DNA of 64,000 nt from Entomortierella parvispora E1425 (Eukaryota; Fungi; Mortierellomycota). Made by a program: the position numbers and the translations under genes. Shown in pieces: positions 25,077 to 36,409 of the stretch. Under the pieces are notes generated by a model. It was not told where the DNA came from, did not search any database, and worked only from the letters and a program-made list of their open reading frames with translations. Numbering within the stretch: position 1 is the stretch's first letter; each line of letters begins with the position of its first letter. The stretch lies in assembly GCA_020891255.1 (NCBI GenBank), contig BQFW01000012.1, forward strand, positions 1,240,001 to 1,304,000, written 5' to 3'.

Positions 25077-27817
25077 ATAGATGTGGTCATCGCTAGACGC
25101 GTCCGATACTCCCCCCCCCTTCCCCAAAAAAAAAGATAAACGTGGCTAGCCACAAAGACACCCCCCGATCCTCTTATGGTCTTGCTGTCTTTCCTGTTTT
25201 GCTTTTCGTAAAGCTGTAGGCCAAACTGGTTATTTAACAAGAGCTCTAGGGAAGGCGGCGCAAGATTACCGCTGTTCTTTTTATTTTTGACATGAGCCGT
25301 TTTGGGTCATAAGCCAACTCTTTTTTTTGTTTGTAAATATTGCAATCATGTTCTAAAAACAAACAATATTACTGATGCGCAGAGCAATAGGGGAGCTTGC
25401 TGCCCAGAGCCAGATGGTCATAAGCTATCCTGAGACAGGAACATTTGTGGCAGCACAGAATGTTGATGGGAACAGCCTCCCCCCCGGCAGGGTCCCACCT
25501 TGTGTGGGGGAGGAGCCATTTTCGGAGGAGATAAGCTGAGCATCAATAGAGGTGCCCTATAGTGGTAATAGACTACTTTACGCGACTCCTCAACGATTTG
25601 CAGACAAACCGGAAAGAGTGCACTTTGTAGAAAGCGCACCGTTCCGGTTTCTTGTTTCTTGTAGATCGGGAGATGGACTGGACAGATCGGGCCCAATAAA
25701 AGATGGACAGCCGGTTTCATCCCCCCTTGAAATCCAGAAAAGGACAGCGCAGTCCAAAAGTGATAAGATGGCCTAGCTTATTAAGGTATGCGAAAAGGGT
25801 TGTGTGGCAGTAAAAAACCAGATCGGGCGGCAACACGTCGGGTTCTAGTTCTTGTTGTCAAATGTCCTGTCGTCGCGTCTTGCCAGCGATCCAAGGGGGG
25901 ATAGGGTGATGGAGTAAGAGAGAGTGGTCTGCAGGCAGGGGACACATTGATGGATCATCACCAAAAAATGTGGGCTGAAGATGTCAGGTCCAAACCACCT
26001 GCTTGATCCCAGTGGCTTTTGTTCCTGAACTCAACCCAGGGGGGTGCCTAGGAAAGGGGGAAGAGGGAATCATCTTCGCGTCAAAATACCGCGGCAGGAG
26101 GTTGCCAGGAAGAACGGGTTCTTAAGAAAGAGAAGGGAAAAACAAAAGGGACATACGGCACAAGAACACGTACCTGCAAAAGGTAGAGGAGAGGCTAAAA
26201 GAGGGAGTATTGACACAGGGGAGGGCTGACGATGTTATCCAAAAGCCGAGTATGGGCAAAGGAAGGACCATGGGGAAACTTGTTTATTCTCAATACTATT
26301 TTTGAGAGTGCCATATTTTGAAGATGTCAGACCAAAGTGAAAAAGTCGTGTATCATCCGGCCACAATTGCGCTGCGTTCTCCGCAGACTGTGGTGACATT
26401 TTCCATGATAAAGCCAAGTGGGATAGAAGAACAATGATCAGGATGGTGAGAAGGAGTGTCCACTGGTTCTCTTTTTGGAGACGACGATCTCCGCGATTGC
26501 GGTCGGCTTGATTCTAAGTGGTGTAGACGACAGAGCTAAAGTGCAAGATGGACGTTGGGGTTACGCGGACACCTATCAAGCAAGACACCTTGAACAGTGG
26601 CAGCAGCCGTCTTTCATTGATCCCGACAGGTCCTCTCTCTTGGGCAAGCAGCAAGGCAAAGTGAAATAACTGCGATAGAAAAAAGAATTGACAAAACTGG
26701 TTTTTTGCGTGGCTGAGAAAAAGCAATCGAGATCCAAAATAAGGTGGAGGTGAAAACCGGTTTTTTGCAAGTGAGTTTGAATGCAATAAGAATGGTGGGC
26801 TTGAGATAGGCATCGCGCTAGTGGTGCAGACGTGCGGAACCAGCAAAGAGGACCTGGTTGTGCTCTCTTCATTTCCCCTGGCCTTTTGTTTGTTGTCACC
26901 ATCCCAGGGGGCTACTTCCGAGCAATAGGGGCCTCTTGATCACTCCATGTCCTTCCCCTCTGGCTGCCCTGCCGGATAGGGACTAGAGACTAGGAACGGG
27001 CACCGGCCATGGCGAGAATAGCAGACCGAGAGAACTCCTTTTTAGGGCCAACCCTCGCCATTGCGGGAAACTAGGACGGCGAAAACACACAAAAAAAAAA
27101 CTGGTTCTTCGTTTTTTTTTTTACATCAGAGGAATGGATGATAAATCGGTGCTGAGTTGTGGAGACGGAGACTGCGGGAGGTGTGGCGGACCTTTTGCGA
27201 AGTGCGGGTTCAGTCCATCCGCTCCTTTCCTGCCCAGGCCAGTCTTTGACTACTTGGCAACCCTTGTCAAAATACTTGTTTGTAACAGACCTGAACACAC
27301 TCAATCGGTCTTTTACTTTTGCCTGTCGCCATTTCGAGCGCATCATGTTCGTCAGCTCAGTCTCATGTTCTGCAAGAAACAGGAAACACACTTTTTTGTC
27401 CCCTAGCCCTTCCTCCGATCCCTGTTTCCAAATCTCATTCTTATTTTACAATCCCCTGCTTTCCTTGGGATCACCTTATTTTTTTGTCATTCTTATAAGT
27501 AGGGTCGTTGCCTCCAGACCAACCTTCTTCAATTACCTCTTTTTTCTCTTTTTTTATTATTTGCTTCTGCTCTCACTCTCACTCTCTTTTCTTTTGCTTC
27601 TTCTCTTTCGATCTTCGCCCATCCCCCTTCCTCACCTCACATTCTTATATTATTAACGACTCGACAATCCCCCTCTGTCTGTCTCACACTCCCCCTCGCT
27701 CCCCTGACAGTCAACAGCAACAAATTTATAGCTCCCTTTCACGACAGTTACAAACAAGGATCTGATAAACACTCAACACAAAATCCATACAGACGCAGGC
27801 ACCGACACCTATACACA

Positions 27818-29762
27818 ATGGCTTCGTCCGTCAACTCTGAGACGACGCAGCTCGACACTCCAGCAGTCCATGTGCCTGGAAAGACCGAGGTAGACCTGTA
27901 CAGGGGCGACTCGAGCTCGAATGCTTCCCAGATTGAAATGGAGACTTTGGATGTGGAACGACAAGGTGAACCCGAGCAACCCGCTATTGGGCCTCGTGCT
28001 GCCATCCTTCTCTTTGTCGGGTACGTTCTTTCAACTACAATATCAACTAGTCTCTCCCTCGCCCCCTTGTACGCCCCCCCACTACAGTTTTATTTTATTT
28101 TTTTCTTCCCGGGTGCTTGCGCCATGCCATACTCCCAGGCTCCCATTTCGCGCGTGCAACACCCTCTTTTCGGTCTCACATTCAAGGACCTCAGCAGCTG
28201 GACTTTGGAGAACTAACAGCATAGCTTCTTTTTTTCTCTCTCCTTTGCCTTGCCTTGCCTACCTTTATTTTTATTTTAGATTGGCCATGGCTACCTTCTT
28301 GGCCAGTTTGGATGGCACCATCATTGCCACCGCGCTTCCCAAGATTGCCTCGGAATTTAAGGCTCAATCCCAAATGTCCTGGGTAGCAACGGCTTACCTG
28401 TTGACCTACAATGCCTTCCAGCCCTTGTACGGAAAGTTCTCGGACATCTTTGGCCGCAAGGTCATGATTCTCTTTGCCGCCGTCACTTTTATGGCAGGAT
28501 CCGCCGGTGCCGGAGGCGCCAAGTCCATGACCATGTTGATCGCCTTCCGTGCCATCCAGGGTCTGGGCGGCTCGGGTCTCTTGTCGATCGTGTTGATCAT
28601 CATCTCGGACATCTTTCCGTTGGAGCAACGGCCCAAATACCAGTCCATCATCTGGAGTGTCTTTGGTGTCTCGTCCGTGGTCGGTCCTTTGCTCGGCGGT
28701 GTGTTTGTCCAGTCGGTGACCTGGCGCTGGTGCTTCTTGATCAACTTGCCCCTCGGTGTGGTCACGATTGTGTCCGTGCTCTTGTTCTTGCGCTTGCCCT
28801 TTGAGCGTCAAGACTTGAAGAAGCAATTGAAGCGTATCGATTACCTCGGTACGGGGTTGATCATCGCCGCCGTCATTTGCTTGCTCTTGCCCATCACCTG
28901 GGGCGGTACGACCTATGCCTGGAACTCGCCCGTGATCATCGTCCTGTTCTGTGCCGCCGCCGTCTTGATTGGCGTCTTGATGTGGGTCGAGTCCAGGGCG
29001 CACGAGCCCATCATCCCCCCAAGACTGTTCTTGAACAAGACGGTCTCGGTCCTCTTTGGTGTCAACTTCTTGACCGGCATGGGTTTCTTGGGTGTCATCT
29101 TTTACTCCCCCATTTACTTCCAGGTCGTCAAGGGCGTTGGTGCGACCGCTTCCGGTCTCCATCTCTTGCCCATGGTGTTGGGTCTCGTCCTCTCCTCGAT
29201 CGCGTCTGGAGCGGCCATGGCCAAGGTCCGTGATTACAGAATCTTTATCTGGCTCGGTACCACCATGATGTCGATCGGTGTCGGTCTTTGCATGCTGTTC
29301 AGCAAGGACTCGAGCATGGGTCAGCAGATTGGCTTCCTGTTGATTGTCGGTCTCGGTATCGGTTTGATTCTCCAGACCTGCATGTTGGCAGCCCAGGCGG
29401 CCGTCGAGAAGGAGGACATGGCGGTGGTCACGGCGCTGAGCGGTTTCATGAACTCTATCGGAGGTGGTGTTGGTATTGCCATGTGCTCTGCCTTGTTCAA
29501 CAACCACTTGACCACCAACCTGCAAAAGTTGCCCGCGGACGCCTTGCAGATCATTGCCGAGTACAACATTGCAGAGTCCATCACGGCCGTCCAGCAGTTG
29601 CCCGAACCCGTCAAGGGATTGGTCATTGATGCCTATGTCAACACGTTTCAGTTCATCTTCAAGTGCATCACCCCCATTTCTTGCTGCTCCTTCTTGTTGT
29701 CCTTGTTCATTCGCAAGTTGAGAATCTTGGATCCTTCCGAGGTTATCATGGCGGCTGGTTAA
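27818..29762 (+). CDS. MFS drug:H+ antiporter, DHA2 (14-TMS) family
   Basis: Intron 28021-28279. FLASLDGTIIATALPKI, WVATAYLLT..FQPLYGKFSDIFGRK, FRAIQGLGGSG, SWRW-like VTWRWCFLINLPLG, and multiple TM helices. Confidence 0.93.
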
Positions 29763-30348
29763 GAACAAAAAAAAAAAAGGAAAAAAAGAAAGAAAAAAAA
29801 CACATTAAAAAGGAAGACACCACTGTACTTAGACCAGTATCTCTACCTATCCATCATCTTGGCATATAATTCTCATTAAAGCACTGTAAAATATTACTTT
29901 TTTAAAAAGCGGATGACACAAACGCTTGCAGAGAATGGAGAGAGAAAGAAGAGGGAGAGGGAAGGAAGAAAAAGTTGAATGTGGTTGAACGGATCATGTT
30001 CATGGTTGCGGATTGCCACCAAAGCACTTTTTTCGTCCATCAAATAAACTATTAAAGTAATAATGACATTCTTTTATATATGGTTGGATCTCTACGAGTT
30101 GCAGCGTAGAAGGGTGAAGGGGATGTAGCTATTGCTATGCAGTTTTTTTTTGAGAAAAGAGAGGATGAGGAGAGAGACAGGAGAGGGCATATGAAATCCA
30201 AAAAAAGACCAAAAAGTATGCCAACGATGGTATCATTTTTTTTGCTCCCTCCATCCTCTCCTTCCAGTTTCGATGCCAATGCCTCGCTCGCTTGGGTTAC
30301 CAGAGAAAATGTCCATTCATGTCCATCTTTGGACCCCTCAGCTCCGTC

Positions 30349-33192
30349 TTAGAGACCGCCAGGTCCATACATGCTCTCGCCAGGCTGACGCTGAACGACG
30401 GGAGGAGGCGTGGCCTTTGGAATTATTGGCGTGGGAACGATCGTGTTCTTCTTCATGGTTGTTGATGGGTAGCTGTTGTTGGAGTTGTTGGAGTTGTTGG
30501 AGTTGTTGGGGCTCGAGAATTGGTTGTTGCTGCTATTGCTGTAGCTATGATTGTGTCCTCCGTTATTGTTGTTAAAGCTGTTGTTGTTGTTGCCAAAGTT
30601 GTTTCCGTTGTTGTTACCATTGCCATTGAAACATCCATTGTTGCCGTTATTGTAGTTTCCGCCGTTGTTGAAGTTGTTGTTTCCTCCATTGTTGTTGAAC
30701 CCTCCATTATTGTTGTTGTTGTTTCCATTGAAACCGTTGTTGTTGTTGTTGTTCTTGTTGTTGTTGTTGTTATTGTTATTGTTGCCGTTGAATCCGTTGT
30801 TGTTGCCGTTAAAGCCATTGTTGTTACCATTGAATCCATTGTTGTTGTTATTCATCTGGTTAACATGGCCTGTGCTGTGGCTGTTGACGCCTCCATTGAC
30901 ACCATATGGACCCAATCCTTGACCATTGTTGTTGTTGTTGTTATTGCCGGGATAAGAACCATGGAAGCTGTTGTTAGGAGGGAACCCTGGTCCGCTATTA
31001 TTGGGTCCAGAAGACTGAGGAGGGTATCCGCTGTTATTGTTGTTGCCGGGGTACGAGCCTGGATAGTTGTTGTTGTTGGAGGGGAAGACTGGGCCGCCGC
31101 TATTGGGTCCAGAGGGCTGAGGAGGGTATCCGCCGTTATTGTTGTTGCTGTTGTTGTTGCCAGGGTACATGTTGTTGCCAGCCATGGGATATCCTGCAGG
31201 TGGGTATCCTCCAGGTCCAGGGGCGGGTGCATTGTTGGCGCCAATACCGGCAAGGATAGGCAGTGGCTGACTTGGGGCGTAGGGCGAGCTCGAGTTGGAA
31301 TGGACGCTGCCTGGGTAGCCGTTTCCTTGAGGGGGGTATGCTCCTTGAACATTGGGGGTAGGGAATCCAGATTGGGGGAATGAGGGGCTAGTGGCTTGTG
31401 GTGGGTAAGCACCAGGTTGAGAGACACCAGGAGCCTGAGGAGGATAGCCTGGGTTAGCAGCAGGATACCCTGCTGGTGGGTATGGTCCTGGCGCCACTGG
31501 CGGTTGTCCAGGGAAGGAGAGGCGCTTGTTGGCGTCTGCTTGGTTGGGATCCTGGTAAGGTCCTGCAGCTGTTGGGTAGCCAGTGTACGCGGCTTTAGGT
31601 CCCGCGTATGGGTTGACTGCAGGCTGAGGTTGGCCGTAGGGGTTCACAGGAGGGACTTGAGGCGTATGGTGTCCGACATAATGGCTAGGCGAAGGAGGAC
31701 GGGCAGCCCCTGGAGGCAGCGTACCATAGGGGTATCCTACCGCTCCGGGGACCATGGGTACTTGACCCATCGTTGTAGGATCCTGGTAGACGGGAGCTTC
31801 GGGGACGACAGGAGGTTTGTAGACTGGACCCTCGTCCGTGTTTGCATCCTCTTCCACTTCTGGCTTTTTCTTCTCCTCGTCCTTGTTCTCCTTGACTGGG
31901 TGAAGAGGGCGACGGAGGGCGCCATTCAGGGTGGTGGTGGAGGCTGCAGGTCTGTTGTTTTTGTGAGTTGGGTGCTTGGGATCCTAGTTTCATTGAAGGT
32001 GACCAGAAATATATAAGACTTCAGCCCAGTCCATGTCATTGTCAAACTCTTGGCGACTGCTTACATGCGAGTAGTATGTCAATTGAAGCATGAGCATGCC
32101 TGCTTCCTTGCCCTTGTACAAAAGTTCAAACCAGTCTATTCAAGTATGGCATGACAACCAGGGGTAAGAAGGGGTTAGTCTCCATCCCACGTTGCAAAGC
32201 AGGAAGACACAGGAATTACGCCTCCATTCTATTTTCCGACTTTTGAATCGCAACAGCCTCGACCAGTGGTTTGAGGTCCTTACCATCCTGTTCGCCATTC
32301 TCCAGGACCTTAGCCAAATTGATGACACAGTCGCCAATGAGGTCGTTCTTCTGAGGGTCCTCGTCCAGACACGTCACGTAGAGAGAAAGGGCATCCTTGG
32401 CCTCACTATCGTACATGAAGATGTTAATCTATGGGACAGCAGAGAAGGACGTCAGCACAGGTTACAAGAGCAGGTGGAAGAGCGCCATGTTTGTTGTTGC
32501 TTGTGCCTCCTCGGCTAATTGTTTTTTTTGTATGTTTCTGCTCCTGGTTTTGTTCTGTTGGGCGGACAGGGATGTGTGTCACCCGCACGAGGATTCCCCA
32601 CGCGCACGAGGCATCCGCGAAAGGGGGCGGTGGACAAGAAGCGCTTGTCGTTCCTGATGTGGCAGGGGAGCCCTTTCTTGTCCTCTTTGAGTGTCTATCC
32701 TTGTCCTCTTTGAGTGTCTATCCTTGTCCCATCCTCTGGCGTTCCTGCTGGTGTGTGCATGGCTCATGGCCACGACCCTGGTAACTCATCCAAAGAAAAA
32801 AAGAACGGCAGTTGGCTGTACCTGATCATCGTTCCAGCGGGGCTTTTGTCCTCCTCGGATGTCCGTCTTGCTCCTCTTGGATACGTTTCCGAGCTTGAAG
32901 AGGATGAAGGGGTCCTGCTTGCCGAACCGCTCTCGGTTAGGGAGATCCTTTCCTTGAATGGGGACAATGACCAGCTCGCCTGTTTGTTCAGTTCAAAGAA
33001 TGTGAAGTTGAGTCTTTACGTGGTCCTTGGGGGGTGTGGTCTCTCCTCGGCCCAGTTTTCTCTAGGGCGGTGCTAGTTACCGATGGGAGTCTTTCCCTCG
33101 TCCGGGTCGACCAGGGGTTCTGGCAGGGGCTTGTTCATGTTGGGAGGGGGAGCCGCGCTGTGGCGATGAATGTCCTTGAATAACCGGTTCAT
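30349..33192 (-). CDS. C2-domain protein of Inn1/Fic1 type with Pro/Tyr/Gly-rich and Asn-rich tail
   Basis: Exons 33192-33081, 32979-32822, 32428-32284, 32135-32065 and 31983-30349 give GELVIVPIQGKDLPNRERFGKQDPFILFKLG..KTDIRGGQKPRWND..DLIGDCVINL..DWFELLYKGKEAGMLMLQLTYY. Confidence 0.85.
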
Positions 33193-33308
33193 GATGCAGG
33201 GAGGGAGGGAGGGTGAATGAAGAGGATGAGAAGAGAAGATGAGAAGAGAGGATGAGAAGAGAAAGAGAGAAAGAGAGGAAGAATGGGCGCAGACAGGAAC
33301 GAAAGAAT

Positions 33309-33417
33309 ATGAATGAATGAATGAATGAATGAATGAAAGAGATTGAAAGAAAAGAGAGAGAGAGAGAGAGAAAAGTGGAGAAGGACGGACGAAGCAAAGC
33401 AAAGCAAAGCAAAGCAA
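33309..33417. repeat. compound microsatellite (GAAT)n, (GA)n, (GCAAA)n upstream of the C2 gene
   Basis: Seen directly. Confidence 0.85.
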
Positions 33418-33532
33418 ACAAGAAAAAGGGCTCTTATGCTCCCATGGGGTGCATTGCATCCATTCCTTCATTCACCACGGCGGAGAAGAAAAAGGACGCT
33501 TTCACCGCGTGTTTTTTTCCTGCTTCCTCTCT

Positions 33533-33566
33533 CTTCTTCTTCTTCTTCTTCTTCTTCTTCTTCTTC
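33533..33566. repeat. (CTT)n microsatellite
   Basis: About 11 CTT units seen directly. Confidence 0.9.
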
Positions 33567-34051
33567 ATCGCCTCCATCCTTTGCCCTGCCTTGCCCTTGC
33601 GAACTGTCCGTGGGCTGTGCTCCTGCCCCTCACCCGTCGGGATCGCCGCAGCGGCCCGTATTTTTAGACGGGTTCATCAGGAACGAAAAAGACCTTTTTT
33701 CGCGACGATTTTTTTTTTTTTTGTTTTAGTGGCGTCTGTGGGGAGCCGTAATCATCGGACTTTTTTTTGGCGGGTATCCTTTCCTTCTTTCCTTCTTTTC
33801 GTCTCGGACCATACCTGTCCCGTAGAACGTCAATCCTTGTGTGTCAAGTGTTGTCTCCCAAGGATCCTTGGAACATAGCAAAAAAAACCAATCTCACAAC
33901 TCAAAGAGAGAGGGGGTAAACATGATATTAGTGTATATTTTTATGCTAAAGAATAGATGCGGGCAGGTCCAATGGGTGTGTGGGCAAGGAGGATGGGCTG
34001 AGGAAGAACGCACCCTGGCTTCTTTTTTTTTTTTTCCAGTCTCCAATAATC

Positions 34052-35326
34052 TCAAAGGTACTTGATCTCCTCCTCATTAATCTCTTCGTCGTCCTCTTCT
34101 GCTGTCACGGAAATAGGACGTCCTCCTACACTTGGCTGGTGTGGTTGCGAGTGCTGCTGCTGCTGTTGTTGTTGTTGTTGTTGTGGATGGGGGTGTGGCG
34201 TGCCATCACCATCACTGCCGCCTAGAATCAACAAGCCGCGTCGCTCCGCCTCCGGATCTTCATATTCTTCTTCAATGTCCATCGCCCTTGCTTTACCTTT
34301 GCCCCTGCTGTCGAGGGCCGGGCCAGTTGGCAAGGCAGCATGTGATATCTGTGGGGTATCTTCCACCGGGATCAAATCAATGTAATCACTGTGACCCCCT
34401 TCATCTTTGTTGTTGTTGTTGTTGTTGGCTGAGGCGGCATGATGTTGGACAGGGGGCTGATAGGTGCTCCTGGGCTTGTAGTCGATGGTATTCAACGGTG
34501 GAGGGGATACATTGCGTCCAAACGAGGACGCTGTCGCTGTTGTCATGGGTGCTTGCTGAGATACAGAAGAGGACGGCCCCACAGCTGCTGTTGGGTAGGC
34601 GGTGGGCGTGGCTCTGAACAGAGGCGAGGCTGCGGGCATCGGAGGGATATGGAACCCTGGTCCTCCACCTCCACCTCCACCTCCACCTCCAAGAGATCGA
34701 TCTTGCACCTGGACCAAGGTTTCTTCAGACATTTCACGACCTTGGTTTTGTTGTTGTTGTTGTTGTTGCCGTCGCTGTAGTTCTTGTCTACGCTTCTCTT
34801 CCTCTCCGCCTTCCTCGCCATCTTCAAACACATTCAAGCCAGACCCAAGTCGTTTCCGACCGCCGGCGGCACCCCGACGCTGTCGACTCTTGCGTCTATA
34901 GGCGACCAACAACGCCAAGGCCACCACGACGACGGCCACTCCGCCCACTGCGGCTCCGATAATGGCACCCGTCGAGATTTTGGAGGATGAAGAGGGTGCA
35001 GGGGCAGGGGCAGGGGCAGGTGCATTGGTCGGAGGAGAGACCTGCTGTGGGTTTCCACCAGAGTTAGGACCAAAGACAGGGCCCTGGGTCGATGGCCCCG
35101 AGGGCACAAGAGCCCCGGGAGTGGTGGCGGTGGTGGAAGCAGGGACAACTTGAATGTCGCTGCAGTCTTCGCTTAGAGTGCTGCGACAGACTGCCACCGA
35201 AGGTGACAAGTCGTACTTGATGACTGTGCATCCACCAGAAGTTGGGGTGAGAGTGTAGCCAGTTTGAGAGGTATTGAACAGTTGGATCCCCGGATTGCCT
35301 GGGGTAGAGGGAATGCAGTCTGCCAT
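34052..35326 (-). CDS. single-pass membrane protein, Mid2/Wsc-sensor-like layout, function unknown
   Basis: Four-Cys N-terminal segment, S/T/P linker, TM GAIIGAAVGGVAVVVVALALLVAY followed by RRKSRQRR, and a low-complexity tail. The start codon is uncertain. Confidence 0.7.
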   Translation of the reverse strand: MADCIPSTPGNPGIQLFNTSQTGYTLTPTSGGCTVIKYDLSPSVAVCRSTLSEDCSDIQVVPASTTATTPGALVPSGPSTQGPVFGPNSGGNPQQVSPPTNAPAPAPAPAPSSSSKISTGAIIGAAVGGVAVVVVALALLVAYRRKSRQRRGAAGGRKRLGSGLNVFEDGEEGGEEEKRRQELQRRQQQQQQQNQGREMSEETLVQVQDRSLGGGGGGGGGGPGFHIPPMPAASPLFRATPTAYPTAAVGPSSSVSQQAPMTTATASSFGRNVSPPPLNTIDYKPRSTYQPPVQHHAASANNNNNNKDEGGHSDYIDLIPVEDTPQISHAALPTGPALDSRGKGKARAMDIEEEYEDPEAERRGLLILGGSDGDGTPHPHPQQQQQQQQQQHSQPHQPSVGGRPISVTAEEDDEEINEEEIKYL

Positions 35327-36409
35327 GACGAAAGAGCTGCAAGACTTGGCAGGATGAGCAGAACGGGGGGAGAGGAGGGAAAAGAAGGGAAGGGAGGGTG
35401 AAAAAGGGGATGGATCCAATTTTTTCTTTACTGCAAAATTTGGTTTATGTATGTGTCTTGATGAGGCTTTGCGTGGGACGCACAAAAAGAAAATTGGGGG
35501 CACAAATGGAGGGTTAGTTGAAGAGGAAGGAGTGAAGAGAGGGGAAAATGGCCAAGATGACGGAAGGAGACTTTTGTGCCCACACGAGGAAAGTCATCAC
35601 AGCCCTTGTTCTTTTAGTGGCGGGAGAATACGAGCTAGCGAAGAGCAATGTTCGTGGGCCCTTTAGTCCTGACCTCACCATCGATGGGATGGCTGCTGCC
35701 AGTATGGCCCTTCCTTTTTAAAAAACAAGAGGCTTGATACCAAAAGCTCTTTATCCTTCCTTCAGCGGCGCGTTCTCGCTCAGGAGATGGGCAGAGTATC
35801 CAGTGAAAGAGGAGCTCAAGACAGAGAGACCTCTGTGGGCAGTGCAAAAACGATAAAATTAGGCGCATTGTTGGCTTACTTCGCCCAAGGGTGCGAAGCC
35901 CACTGTTGCACAGAGGGGGAACAGGTTAAGAACAAGACCAACATCTCTTTCTCCCTTCCTCCTCCCACCCCCTTGGTCTGTCTGGCCTGGCTATGACCTC
36001 TTTGTCCTCCTCTACCTTTACTCAATATACTTTTTGGCGGGTAGAGGGTCATTTGTGACCCACACCAGCCTTCCCACATCATGATCGTCAGAATCTGACG
36101 CGATGAAGCCGTAGTTTTTTTTTTTAATAAAGGACTCGGTACAAGCACTAGTACCCTTGCGGATGATATGAGAGGGGAGAACCCGAAGGAGGAGAGACAA
36201 GAGGGGCGCGGAGGGACAGGGACAGGGATGAATGGGTTCCGAAGCGACCATTCATCACCAATAGATAAATAAAAGGAACGGGACCTTTCTGTACACAAAA
36301 CAGTAACTGACAAAAAAAAAAGAAAAAAAAAGAAAAAAAAAAGAAGTAAAAGCAAGAAAGAAAAAAAAAAGGCAAGACAAACGAAAACAAGAAGAGGGTG
36401 TATAAAAAC

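Noticed and set aside
27760-27768. ATCTGATAA, the SreA/Fep1 consensus, 50 bp upstream of the MFS start
   Set aside because: About one hit is expected by chance in 64 kb on both strands. The transporter is DHA2-like rather than ARN/SIT-like, and the local GATA factor lacks the iron-sensing Cys linker.
25100-27800. Several 60-165 aa ORFs in the long MDR-MFS intergenic region
   Set aside because: Compositionally biased, mutually overlapping, with no splice-supported model or motif.
28191-29768. 525 aa antisense ORF over the MFS transporter
   Set aside because: Codon-aligned shadow of a strongly codon-biased gene; no motif of its own.
32678-32729. 23 bp tandem duplication (TTGTCCTCTTTGAGTGTCTATCC x2) as a CRISPR-like or regulatory repeat
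   Set aside because: Simple slippage duplication inside an intron, with no spacers, in eukaryotic context.
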